A DNA stretch of 52,448 nt from Atractiella rhizophila (GCA_021432655.1 MU271325.1:39468-91915); one strand, 5' to 3'; shown: positions 23,829 through 36,664, numbered from the stretch's first letter. Translations and numbers: made by a program. Notes: generated by a model from the letters alone, not told the origin.

Positions 23829-26499
23829 ATGTCGACATTTGAGCAAAGTACCCTTGGTCCAATCTGATTCCGAGCTGTTGGGCGACCTCAGTTAAAGTTT
23901 GAACCGGCCTTCCATCCTTCTTCCCGTTCCCTCCTTTCTGCTGGTCTTCTGTCTCAGGACTCAGTGCTCAGTGCTCAGCGAAAGCAACCAACACTCTCCG
24001 TCGCCTATATGCTCATAGCATATCTATCTGCAAGAGATTCAGTCTCAAATCGTTAACAGACGATCGATTGGAGTCGGCACCGTGTAGCCAGACGAGTTGG
24101 AAATCACGTTTACGACGCTTTCAGGGAGGAGAGAGTGAATATTTTCGAGGTGGCGTCGTTTTCGCACAACACGGGCGACCCCTCCTCCGCCTCTGAGCTT
24201 CCCAGTGCTGAGAGAACAGGGATCTTAACGGAGGCAAAAAATCATTATTACTCTGTCAGCCTCGACAATTTCCTCGAAGAATTTTTCTCTAGCACACAAG
24301 ATGTTAAAGCTCAGGAAAAGGAGATATCCGAGGAGTGGCAGGTGAGGAAGGAAAACTGGCGGAGGAGAATGCTGACAGTGGAAGCTCTCACTCAAGAGGT
24401 CGAGATGTATCCTATTATCGTGAGTATCTGTTTCAAGAAATTAGGGCATTTTCATCGGTGCAACGCGTCAGGAGGAGTTCATGAATTTCCTTTGGGAAGG
24501 AACAGGATTGACATTCGCGGACGTGCATGAAGCTCCCGATGCCAAAACGTACGATGGAAGAATTCCTACGACCAAACCCTCCTTGATGGGTGTCAAGACA
24601 GCCGATTGGAACAGCTGCTGTCGCGGAGAGGGAAAGGTGAAGCGGATGTGCTGGAGGCATTGTCTGGTGATGGCAGACGCAAAGCTCGCACTCGATCCTT
24701 TCGGCCCGGATTGGTCAGTCGAGGTTGAACGGGTGCTGGCGCAATTGTTGCACTACTTCTTGGAGCTCGGGTCGATCCAGCATCGCACATCGTCCTATCT
24801 CATCCTCTTCCTCCCCTCTTCGGCGAGAATCATTCGTTGGAGTCCTAGACAGATTATTTACACTGATCTCTTCGACTTTAGGAAAGGAGACGCCTTTGAC
24901 AACTTCGTCAGCCGCTTTGGTTCCGCGGAAGCTACTCGTGGTCTTGATAATCACTTTACCAGAGTTGACCCCAAATCAAGAGACGCGAAAGATGCCATCA
25001 AAATTTTCCAGGAGAATGAGGACACCATGAAGCAGAGTGGATTCAGTGTTCCCAAAGTTTCCGACTTATGGGAGTTCACCCTTCCGCCATCATCACCTCC
25101 AAAAGCCGACGCCCCTACCCGACTGATCGTCGGAAGAGTCGGTGTTATCCGTACATCACTCCTTGGAAGGATCGGGAAGTACTTTGTGGGATGCAACCCT
25201 AAGGAGAAGACCCGGCAGATATGTTTCGTAAAGGTTAACTGGGGGTATATTGGAGGGGGTCGCGTCTCGGAGTCGGAAGTGTATGAGAAACTCTCAGGTT
25301 CGCGACACGTTCAGCGAATGATCTATGGTCGCTATGCCAGGACCGTTGACGATGAAAGCTACACCCTGAAGGACTCGGAATATGTGATACCATCTACGAA
25401 AGCAGAATTGCAGACAGAGGATAAAAAGAAGCGATGGAGTCTCCTAGAAAAGGGTAAAGGAAAAGGAACGAGAAGAACGAGAACGAGACTATCCGGATCA
25501 GAGATTGCATTTCCTTGTCCTTCCTTGGGTTCGACCTCTTTCCTCGTTTCGGAACGCTTACGAACTCCTGGAAGGACTTTATGGCGGCCTCCAAGGTTTG
25601 TACCATCACTCGTCCACCGCCTGCCCTGACCCTTCTTCTGCACAGGTCTGTTGGACATGCACAGAGCGGGGTACCTTCATCGCGATATCAGTCATTCTAA
25701 CATTGCATTAACGCCGCTGGACAAAGGTGGTGTGAAAGGTTTTCTGCAGGATTTTGATCTTGCTATCACATTGGACGTAGAGAGGACAATGAGTAACAAC
25801 AGGACGGTGCGCACTATCTGTGGAACAGTTCCTGTTCTTGAAGCAACAACTTTGAACAGGGAACATACCTTTTTCTCGCCGCAGCGCTCCTTGAAACCCC
25901 AATGCATGCACACGACCTGATCCATGATATCGAATCCTGCTACCACGTTTTGACCACGAACACTTTCGCGCATTGGCACCCAGATCATGATTTGGCACTA
26001 AAGCTCGTTAACGAGTATTCTCAGGGCAGCGCACGGTCCGTGAAAAGAGAAGAGATATCAAATCTCTATCCTGGACTCATGGACGCCGATATTTCAGATA
26101 TCGCTGTTCTGGGCCCCGTCATCAGCGTGTTTCGCAAATTCTTTGCGGCTCGTTATATCGACGAACTGTATTTAGGCACCCTCGCTCAAAATCGCGAGAC
26201 CTCTGTAATCTGGTTCTGTTCGCGACTCGGTATCTCTCAAACGGAGTTGGGCGAGTTCCTTCCCGCCAGGATTTATCGGCAAGACTTCTTTTGACGAGTC
26301 AAAACAACAACAAGAAGAGCTTCTGGAGTTTCTGATTCAGTTCTTGCACCGCGTTATCAAACGTCAAAGCACAGTGTTGGAAACTATGATCAACGAAGGT
26401 CCCAACGAAGTTGATAATGCTATCTTGGCAAATACGAGAAGAGGAGATGCTTTGGAAAAAGTCGTCAAAAAGCAGTCCAAGTCTGGTCAGGGATCCTGA
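23829..26499 (+). pseudogene. Fungal-type protein kinase (FunK1 / Pkinase_fungal) with two apparent frameshifts; pseudogene or sequence error; start uncertain
   Basis: CLVMADAK, VLAQLLHYF, ARIIRWSP, SLLGR, FVKVNW..ESEVYEKL, catalytic LHRDISHSNI, GFLQDFDLA, RTGTYLFLA, HDLIHDIES. Frame changes are needed near 25465 and 26290. Confidence 0.75.
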
Positions 26500-26816
26500 T
26501 GCATGTCCATCTCAAGCTGTCCGGTCCTGGTGTCTGTTCCTCTCGCTCCCAGTTCAGCCTCCAGTTATGTTCACTTGATAATCTCAGTATATACTGTTGC
26601 CTCAACAGTACACTCGCATTGTATTGTAATTATTCACTCTTGTTAATGGTATTTAGCATGGAGGTTGCCGATCATCGAAAGGGATGCCATCTCAGGAATT
26701 GAAACTTAGGCCCTTCTGACTTGTCTTGTCCATTCTTGCGTCTTTCCTGCGAGAAAAGGATTTGACGAAGACGACAGAATGGTCACCCTAATGTGGAGGG
26801 GAGGGAGATGTAAAAA

Positions 26817-26901
26817 TACGAGAAGTGGGGTTTGAACCCACGACCTTATGCGATCACATGTGATGTTAAGCATATGCTACTACCAACTGAGCTATCCCCG
26901 C
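26817..26901 (-). tRNA. tRNA-Val(AAC) with an 11-nt canonical (37/38) intron at 26853-26863
   Basis: Minus strand GCGGGGA TA GCTCAGTTGGTAGTAGC A TATGC TT-AAC-A[TCACATGTGAT]C GCATA AGGTC GTGGG TTCAAAC CCCAC TTCTCGT A folds as a cloverleaf, with A box, B box and a TTTTT Pol III terminator directly after. Confidence 0.88.
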
Positions 26902-27178
26902 TGCAAGTTACCACTTTCTCAGACTTTCAATAGAAATTACATTTCGCTAGTTTAGGAGTGTATCAAGACTGTTTGAAATGAGTGTATTATGTGCACTAAG
27001 TAAGGTGCATTTGAGGCGAGTAACACACATAATCGTTCATCATCATCGATGCATCATCTCTCTCTGGAAATTACACAACGTAATTAATACATGATTAGTC
27101 AGGGTATCACTCTTCGTCCATCTGCAATCGAGTAATCCAATTTAGTCTTCAAACAAGAAACAGACGGAAAGTACACCA

Positions 27179-29847
27179 TCATTTCTTCTTCCCTTTCTTT
27201 AACTTGCTTCCCTCCTTCCTCCATCCGCCTACGAAAGACGGACTGGGGGGTTGCAACACTTCTGCCTCTCTAGCGCCGTTCGGGGTACTGCCGTCCGATT
27301 CCCACGCCGAACAGGTGCGAGGGACGAGCTCGCCACATTTGACGTGGCAACGAAAAGAGCAGTCATCACATTCTAAGCCAGCGGCCACAGCCATCAGTAT
27401 TTCCCTTTCCATTCTCATGGATGAAAGAACCAACCGAGATACTCCTTCATGACGCCTAATCGCTTCCCGCAATAAGCGCATTTACTCAGTACGCTACCAA
27501 GCACACCGCCTAGAGCCCCCAAACTGCTCCGCTTCCCATCTAGACTACTTCTCTTGCCACCACCTTCTCCTCCACTGGAACTCGCAGAAGCAGAAAGGTG
27601 GTGTCCATGCCCGTTGTACACAGCGCGCCACGTCGGTCTCACGATAGTGAATCTGTGTCCGAAAGACGTAGAAGGGCTCCGTGCGACGTGGGGTTCCTGC
27701 CCAGGCAGAGGGGACGGGTCCTCGTCTTCTGTTTCAGTTTCCGTCTCGGTTTCGGAAGGGACAGAGGGTGCGTCGACGTAGACACTCCCATTGGTATGTG
27801 ATGCCACTTGCTCGAGTGGCGTCTCGTTGTTGGCTGCACCAGAGGGGAAGACAGTGGTTGGGATGGTGGAGCGAGCGTCTAGGTAGATGGACCCGTTGAT
27901 GGTGGCAGCAGCAATGGAGGGCTGAGCTGAGTGAAATGTAGTTCCGTCCATGTCCGTTCTTATAGTTCCCATCTGAGATTGAGGAGGCATGGTGCTCCTC
28001 CCTTGCTCCCCAGCACGAAGCCCATCGCCCAACAGCTCCACCTCCTCACCTTCGCCATCAACCTGGTCTGCGTCGGCACTCGAGGACTCCGATGGGATCT
28101 TCTTCCATGCCGATGGGATGGAAGGGAGCGAGCTCCCCGTGCCTTCTGTCCTGGTTGACAGGTTGGAAAAGCGGGAGCCGGATTCTTGGGCCTTTTCTAG
28201 GTTGCCAAGTCCTGGGCGAGTGGCATCTTTCCTCGCTTTGATGGTCAGGTTCGATCCATCCTCCTCCTCCTCCTCCCCTCCTGGAACAGTGATCCTAGAA
28301 CCACCTAAGAGAACGCTTCCATTCTTCGCCCTCACAACGCTAGTGGAATACCGACTACCATCCTCTCCCTCTCCCTCCTCTTCTTTCACCTTGCTCGGTG
28401 TGACGACCTCCCTCTTCTCGTACGGTTTCACCTTTCCCTCGAAACTAGGCATCCTAACTCCCTTCGGCCTCTCCTTTCCCTTCGCCCTCGTGCTCCCTCC
28501 AAACTTTGCAGTTCCGACGTTAGCCTCAGCTTCGACCTCAAACCGCTCCCTCTCCATCTTCACAACCTCCTCCTCCACCGCCCTCAATCCGTCCAACACC
28601 TGTCGGATTCCCGGTCTCTGGCGGGGGTCGGTGGCGCAACATTCGAGCGCGAGACGGATGAAAGAGGGCGGACAACCAGGTGATGCGAGCGAGTGGACTT
28701 CGTTCGCGTCAAGAGTGTAGAGAGGAGGGGAGCGAGCGAAGGTATGGTTGTCTACGAGCTTGCGGGAGAGGAGCTCGCAGAAGATTATACCTAGCGAGTA
28801 GATGTCGGTTTCGAGACCAAACTCTTCACCTAAGAGGATCTCAGGTGACATGTATCCGTCAGTGCCACAGAAGGTGCTAACGGTCAAATGCTACGTCAGT
28901 TTACCGCAAAGGGACACAAAAGAAGGGATGAGGAGAAAGAGAAACACATACATTCTCCTCCTTTCTTGCTCGCTCTTAGCTACCAATCTGGCGAAACCAA
29001 AGTCGCAGACCTTCAACCTCTCGTTCTCCGTGACGAGGAGGTTCTCTCCCTTCAAGTCTCTGTGCATGCATCCCCTAGCGTGCAAATAGGCGACGGCGCG
29101 TGTTACGTCGACGGCGAAAGATACTCGAAGGCGCCAGGGCATTGGTCTGTAATCCGCATCGTCCTGATCTTCCTCTTCGTCTTCCTTCAAATACTTCTTT
29201 CCATTTCCATTGCCTCCTCCTCCGCCGCCATGATTTCCATTCGCATGGCTCCCATTAGCGCCCCCGTTGTTGTGGTTTTGGTAGAAGGGAAGCGTGGTAG
29301 GCGGAGGAGGGGAGGAGAGAATGTATTGGCGGAGGTTGCCGCGGGGAAGATATTCGGAGATGATGAGGATACGCTTTGGAGGAGGCTTGGGGGAAGAAGG
29401 AGAGGAGACAGTGGTTTGTTGAAAGGTGAATGGAGGGAGGGTATGCGATGGTGGAGGAGGGGCGAGAGAGAGACCGATGTATTGAACTACGTTCGGATGG
29501 CGCGCTTCTCTGTTGGTTCCTGTCAGTCACAGCAGTGCAACGAAGTGATGGGACTTGCTGCATGATTTTGCATTCCCTCTGGAAGTATTTCTGGACTGTC
29601 ATTCATTCGTCAGCGTTGGTTATCCAGTAAAGAGCCGGTAAAGGGATATCTGCAATAAAGAGTGGAGAAAGTGAAAAAGAAGAAAAGACTAACCATCATA
29701 CTCTGTGCTCTGTAATACCTCCTTGATAGCGACAGTCATGCCTAGATACTTGCCTTTGTAGACGCATCCGAAGGAGCCCTTTCCCAAGCGAGTCCAGGAG
29801 GATTCTGGCGAGAGATCTGTATAGGGGATTATGTCGAAACGGTCCAT
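27179..29847 (-). CDS. TKL-group protein kinase, LISK (LIMK/TESK-like) family, with a long low-complexity tail and C-terminal C1-type zinc finger; multi-exon
   Basis: [75 protein letters not shown]...CAYCGKRL...[21 protein letters not shown]. Confidence 0.9.
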
Positions 29848-30171
29848 CTTTCTTTCTGATTCTTGTGTATATGCTGACGATGTATGCTCTGGTATATTCT
29901 CTGTTGTGTTCTGCTGTTGATGCAGTATATTCTGCAGTATTGCTGGAAGGTTAGATAGATAAAGAAGCCCCTATTCGATTAGATCAGCGCTGCATCCCAA
30001 TGGACATTAGGATGGAAGAAGGAGGGAGGATAGGAGTGAGATAAAATATAACAGAAGTAACACTCACTTGTGGTTGAGAATGCTGTAAATGTTCAAGTCC
30101 TCGTCGTTTATATCACCCTCATTATCGCCTGGATCATACGGTAATAGGGGTTACTTTGGTGTGGAATGCGA

Positions 30172-30181
30172 GTCACGTGAC
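30172..30181. promoter_or_regulatory. Perfect palindrome GTCACGTGAC (extended E-box; bHLH-ZIP type site) in the divergent promoter
   Basis: Lies near the middle of the 780-bp region between the kinase ATG (29847) and the GEF ATG (30628). Confidence 0.4.
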
Positions 30182-30627
30182 ATCCCGTTGACACCTAAAT
30201 CCTGACGGACAGCCGCCGTAAAAGCATCGTTATTTCCCATTCTCGCCTTATTCCATGCTTACACTCGCAGGCTAGTGAAGTACTTCTGTAAATTCATTGT
30301 TTCAGCGTACTCCAGCGCACTCTAAGAGCTCCAGGGCACCCGCGAAGGCATCGAGTAGGATAGGGGTCGCGTACGTCAATATTTAATATCCCAATCGTGT
30401 GTATCGAAAAATGATGTTTCTGGCGTAGGAGTCATCACTGGGATCATCAAGAGACGCGTCACCGTTCATAACTATCATATTGAAAGGTGCGAAGTACTGC
30501 AGGCTGGTTGGGTGGATGCTAATTCGCTTGCTTGGATAGACCTGGCATTAAGACTGGCATTCAAGTTCACAGAGAATCGCTGGCAGAGGTTGACTTGCGA
30601 ACAACGATTATACCTCACAAGGATACG

Positions 30628-33600
30628 ATGATGTCCTCTTCCCATCTACCTCCAATCACTCCAGGCGTTACCTCAACGTCAACTTCAACGTCGACATCGA
30701 AATCTAGACCGCCTTCCCTCCTCATCCCAACGCACCAGAAACGTCACCCACATTCCAAACGACAATCGCTCACCTCCCTACCCCTCTCTCCCTCTCTCTC
30801 CTCACCTCTTTCCGCTCTCTCCTCCCCTCTCGCATCCTCAACTCCTTCGCTTCCCCTCCCCGCCTCGCCTTCCACGTACTACTCACCTTCCCAGTACTAT
30901 AGCCATCATGAAGACGAAAAGGACGCGGGAAAGGTTTACGGAACGACGATGGATGGTGGAACAGTCAGGACGCGACTGAGGAAGATCTCCTTGCCTCCTT
31001 CATCGTTGATCCAGGTGGAAGAAGAGAGAAGGAGGAAGAGGGAGAGCATGCCTTCACTCCCCTCAGCTTCTTTCTCATCTTCCTCACCTTCCGCCTCTTC
31101 TTCCAATATCGCCTCCGTCACTGCGTTGATGGCAGGTCACACAGCTATTGGTATTGGAGGAGGAGGAGGGCTGATCGGGAGCGCGTTGGGAGGATTTGGA
31201 TCCGGAATGAAAGGTCTCGCTTCCAACATCGCTCAAATCGGGAATATCGGTGGTATTGGAGGGATGGGAGGAGAGAATGAAGGAGAGAAGGAGAGGAGAA
31301 GAACTAGGCTGAACATCACCATCTCTTCGCCCACACCTCCACCTTCAGCCGCCCAATTGCACCCCGCTCCTCTCAGCGAAAAGATTACGTTAAACATGGC
31401 GACGAGTGAGAAAGTGACTGCGACTGGGGACGATGTAGATGTCAGGAGCGGGGGGATGTCGGCTTCAGATTCTAATAGGACTGTGAGAGCTACAGCCCCA
31501 GGGCAAGTTGCAGGAGGAGTGCGAGGAGAGGAGGAGAGGAGGAAGAGGAGAAGGAAGAGAAGACAGGTCGCTAGAGAGCTTTTGCAGACGGAACGGACTT
31601 ATTTAGCCGTGTTGGAGAGGATCGATCGTGTATGTCCGTCCCTCTTTTTCTTTCGTTCTTACTGCCGACGAGGATAAGACGCTTATTGACCGTTACAGGA
31701 CTATTTCTCGCCCCTCCTCTCAGCCCTCCCCTCCCACACACCTAATCCGTCATCAACCGCACCGAATGCCGTAGCTACAAGACAACACCAACCTCGACGC
31801 TCAGGTTCAAACGTGAACCAGTCTGCATTCGGGACTGGGCCTGGAGGGAGGAGGACGAGTGTGTACACACCTCGAGCGAGTTTTGACCTCGCAGGTTTCT
31901 CATCTGGCGCTGGAGATCTGCCTCCTTCTCCGATCTCACCTTCCGCTTCTAGTTTCGCTGGGTTTGGTGGAGGACCTGGAGAAGAAGGAGGAGAGATCCT
32001 GAGCCGCAAAACTGTCAATTCGCTCTTTCCCGGTTTTGCAGACATATTGGTTCTGTCGAGGGAAATGGAGCATCGTTTGTCCAAGGCTGTCCCTCAACCC
32101 GATTTGACCTCGTCCGTTCCCTCGTCAGCTTCAACATCGGAGTCAGAAGCGACGGAAGAAGGGAACGAAGAGTGGTTGGTTGGTACGGCAATAGCCCCGA
32201 TCATGCCCTTCCTCCGCTCCTACTCCCTCTTCATACGTTCCTTCGACTCCATTCTGCTCCTCCTCTCTGCTTTAGACTTCCCTCACTCCGCCTCCAGCAG
32301 CAGTATCATTACCAACCCAAAAACAGGCAAAAGGTTCGTCAGCTTAGAGGAAGGAGAGAGGTGGAGGAGATTTGTGTCGAGAATTAAGGAGAGGGAGAGG
32401 GAGAGTGGAACGAAGGATGGAAGCGGTGGTATGGGCCTTGGTGGCATGCTGTTGAATGTCGTCCAAAGGTTGCCACGGTACCAACTCCTTCTTGGGGAAT
32501 TAAAGAGGTACACGGAGGAGGGAAGCGAGGATCTGGTGGCAGTGGAGAAGTCCCTGAAGGTTGTGGAGGAAGGTGAGTGAGCCATCTCAATATCAAAGAT
32601 TAAGTGGAACAGCGTATTCATGCTGACACATGCACGATATGATTTAGCTGCCCAATTTGTGGACGAGCAGATAAAGCAACACGATTTGCATCTTAAAACC
32701 CTTTCACTCCAGTCCTCCCTCTCCATCCCCCTTCTCATCCCCGGCCGTAAACTGATCTGCGACGGAGCGGTACGCCGACAGTCCCATAAGGGCGGAGAAG
32801 AGGACATCGTTCTCTACCTCTTCTCTGATATCTTACTAGTGCACAATGTGAAGGAAGAAAAGAAAACTGAAGTCTTGGAGCTCGAGTTTGTTAATGTCGT
32901 CTTGAGCTTTGGCAAGGGAAGAGAAGGTGGCGCGTTCGAAATCAGGAGCAATACCAAGAGCTTTGTGGTTTTTCCTCGTAATTCTCTGCCCCACCCTGAT
33001 CATCGAATAAGTTACTGATTGTGATAAAATAGCCACGGTTGAGAAGAGAGAGTTTTGGATCGAAAAGATCCGATCGACGAAAGAAGACCTTCTTGTCTCC
33101 CGCTCCTCCATCGCCCCACGTGCTACTCTCAAGTTCCGCCGTCGCTCAGAGGGTGAGAAACAGCCGTTCTTCCCTCACTTTCCTGTTCCGGAGGAGGAGG
33201 GAGAAGGGGAAGACGAGGTGGAGGTGATTCAAACGAGCCTTGGAAGGAAGAGGAAGGAGATTGGAATGGGCACTGGAGAGAGACATAGTGCGCCGACCAC
33301 TGGACCTGGTGAAGAAGCTGTGAAGCCCGACGTTGTGAAGAGGTGGAGCGACGTATTCAACCCTTCCCCGTTCCCATTGCCTTCTTCATCCCCATCACCT
33401 TCATCAACATCCAGCGGTAGCGCGAAGGAAGCGAAGATCGCAGAGGATTATTCGGCTCCTATTTGGGTTCCGGACGATAAAGCGAATGCATGCATGGTGT
33501 GTGGAAGCCAGTTTGGAATTTTTAGGAGGAAACATCATTGTCGCTTGTGTGGGAGAGTCGTTTGTTATAACTGCAGTAAGAAGGTCCGTCCTGCCTCCCA

Positions 33601-33817
33601 TCTTTCAAACACATGTTAATTCTGGAATAGACCTTCATCATCCCTCATAAAAAGGAGAAGGAAACAGCGAGATCGTGCGATGCATGTTTCAAGGACGTCT
33701 TCGAGAAAGATCCTGGCGATGTGCGACCAGGAGAGACTCCAACCCTAAAAGGTGGGCAGTGGTTCGATCTTCTCTCACCGGCTTGCAGTCCTGCCTTTGG
33801 GGAGGACGGATTCTGAA
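30628..33817 (+). CDS. don1: Rho/Cdc42 guanine-nucleotide exchange factor with DH, PH and FYVE domains (Don1/FGD-like); multi-exon
   Basis: DH: RRQVARELLQTERTYL, PFLRSYSLFI, LLNVVQRLPRYQLLL; PH: IPGRKLICDG, LYLFSDILL; FYVE: APIWVPD..CMVC..F.IFRRKHHCRLCGRVVCYNCS...RSCDACF; stop 33815-33817. The symbol reflects domain architecture; orthology is not tested. Confidence 0.88.
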
Positions 33818-34796
33818 CCCAACTTCCAGTCATTCCGTTAAAATTTTATCCTTTCCTTTCACAAAACAGTCTCAATATCACCGTCTTCCTTTCAAGTGTA
33901 GCATTGCATTTGTTCATTCTTCATTTCTCTTGCCATTGGTGATAAAATATTCCTAGCCACGTTCATTCAGACGTATAAGTTGAGAGGGACATTCGTTATG
34001 ATTTCTGATCCCTCGTCTACCACGCAATTAAATTTGTAGTAACAATTCCGTAGCATTTCCTTTCTTGCAATCTTAACCAGTTCTGCGATCTGCATCCAGA
34101 AAGTGCTATGGGAGGGAGAAGATGTACTGATGCTGTTTGAGTCTTTAGGGACGCCAATCCACCACCAGACTTACTGCAGTAGGGAAAATGTGACTCGCAT
34201 TCCGAGTCTATCTTCCTAACCGCTTACGTCTACCGCAAGAAATCACAACCATCTTTCGTTCAGAAGCCTTTTAGGTTTGGAGCTATTTTCTCAGGCTGGG
34301 TCGCGTTCATGACTGTGCCAGAATCATCCTGTACCGTAGATGTCATGGCATGTTAGTACGACAGACTGCACCTTTGTGGGATGAGGATCACAAAACGACG
34401 GAGTGAGATAGGGAAAATTAACAGCTTGACAATTGCTGTCTCCTCTTGATGTCCCTCGGGCCCGTGGGTTAACATGAGTGTCAGTTGTCCGTTTCTTGTG
34501 TGCCAGCTTACAGCTCGCAACAGTTTAGGTGGAGATTGCCGTTACTCATTGGCGCTTTATCTTCCCTCTCCATACTTCCCATACAGTTATCCTAGAAGCT
34601 ACCTCCGGCGTAGTTATGGAGGAGCTGATCACTTCCGCGGTCCTCTTAACGATTGAATCATGAACCGAGACCTGCTTCACACCACCTTTCAAAAACATTT
34701 CTTCATTAATTTTCTCTTTGTTTCACTGAAAGCGTCTAAGGAAGCGACGGACTTGATTGGATAGCTGCCTTCCGCTTCTTGTGAGCTTGAACCACG

Positions 34797-36664
34797 ATGA
34801 GCGCCGAAGCTGCAGACCCAAAGAGCCTGAATGTGTTGGAGAGCACAAGGATCTATCAAGCAGTGTGCTTTGGTGCGGTGTGCTACTCTTGACGCAATGT
34901 GATAAGATACTAACCAATGCAACAAATAGGTATCTTTCTCTGGGAATATATGTGAGTCCCGCCTTATCTCTTTGCTTTCAGTGCAGGTAGACCGAGATGC
35001 CATAGACTAACACTGCGAAGAGAATGGCAATACATTTGGTGCGCCAACCTCGTGGTCTGTGTGCCTAGTCGCTGATGCACAAGGTGGTAGGAAAAGAAGT
35101 CCGAGACTTTCAGTCGTCAATGTCGCTTTTGCATGGAATAGGCACGTCGGACTGATTGCACAGGTACCTTTCTCTTTCTTTCCGACCCCGTGAAAGGAAC
35201 TTGACGCCGAATATGCATACGGCTAGATTACCTTCCTCTATTTCTTCACCAACGTCTTCTCAGCGGAGCGCTGCAGGTACCCTCATGTAATGAGCCCGAA
35301 AGGACACTGACCCCCTCGACCAATAGGCACGTTAATTTCGTGAATCCTGCTCTAGCAGTGAGCCACCACCTGCACAATAAATTTTCAGGTTAACGAATTC
35401 TCATAGGCTTCGCTCTTCGGTAGGACTACCTCCCACTGGTCGGAGAACGACTGACCGGTGGTCGCAGCTGCAAGTATGATCATATTCTCGGTTCGAGTTA
35501 TCGCTGTACGCATCCTTCCATCTTCGTCCTTTGGCAAATCAAGCTGAGCGCTGATCCTCTGTCTGGTCGGCACAGCTCTGGGACAGATCACGGATCATCA
35601 TCATTTTCTTGTTCGCCGCTCAATCAAACGGGTGATATGACATTGATTGATTGGGAAGAATCGCATTGTCGACAGCTTGCTTTTTCACCAACGTTTTTGC
35701 TGTTGCTCATTATAGACCTCTGCCGCTACCTCCTGGCGAGCGGTAAGCTTTCGTTGCTGCTCGTTGGCGGAGTTCGTGATGACCGTCGACACAGGGGTTG
35801 CATTGCAATTGCGACGGGTGCCTATAGCTATGTTGCCTGTAGATCTTCGCTCACTTCCGCGTACGAGTTTCGATATTGAAGACAGGTGACAGGGATCGGG
35901 CCACTAGTTTTTGATACGTCCGTTGTGGTCTCTCAGCTACATTGTTCATGGCTGACGTGTTCCCAGAGTGGCACTTTGCCTCACTATCTCGTTAGTGATC
36001 ATCTTATCAGTGGGAAGCACAGATGAAGCAAACTGTTAAGGCCAGTCATACGATACCGATTGCAAGGTGGAAAAATGCCGATTTTCAATATCATCCTTCG
36101 GTATGTCTTCTTCTGTCATCCGTCTACTTTTCCTCATCGAATTTGCAGTGATGGGATCATTTATTTTGGTATTGTGCGCTATCTATTTCTACAATGTTTA
36201 ACAGAACTGATGAGACGTATCAATGGAGGTTTTCACTGTCAACTTCGTCAACTTTCTTTTCTTCGTCGTCCCCAATATCGCCAATCGCGCGTTGCATGCT
36301 CCACTCTCCGTAACGCTCACATCAATCATGTGCTCGCGCATCGTCTTTGTGCGCGCCGCCTTGTTCCCATCCCGAGTAGTGCTCATGAATGGGTAAGTAG
36401 AACATGCGTAGTATGGCTGCAGAGTCTGTCTCACACCCATCCAATTCGAAAAGCTCGGGATCGCGAATGGACCGCTCCTCTTCAGAACCACCAAATAATG
36501 CGGTTCAAATCATTTTGCCTTCACGTCTCGAAACCATCGTCGAGCTGAGCCCGACGACACCGCGCAGTGCCAGTCGCAGGAAAGACTGGACAACTCATTC
36601 TAGTCAAGATTTCGATAGTTTGGAGAGTAAAGGAGACATGCCGTTCCCTTTTGGACACAGGTAG
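34797..36664 (+). CDS. DUF6533-like multi-pass membrane protein, diverged paralog of the 10375/17926 genes; many small exons
   Basis: MSAEAADPKSLNVLESTRIYQAVCFG; IFSVRVIAV; DGIIYFGI; VFTVNFVNFLFFVVPNIANRALHAPLSVTLTSIMCSRIVF, with an exon layout resembling the paralog. Confidence 0.7.

Noticed and set aside
9099..23978. Short tandem repeats (AGGAACTGAAACG x2 at ~9099, GGT run at ~20983, GAACGGGAAT x2 at ~23077, CTCAGTG x2-3 at ~23960)
   Set aside because: Ordinary micro/minisatellites; no spacer structure, so not CRISPR-like.
27989..28720. 243-aa Ser-rich + strand ORF (also 28888-29565)
   Set aside because: Antisense to the kinase exons; no independent motifs.
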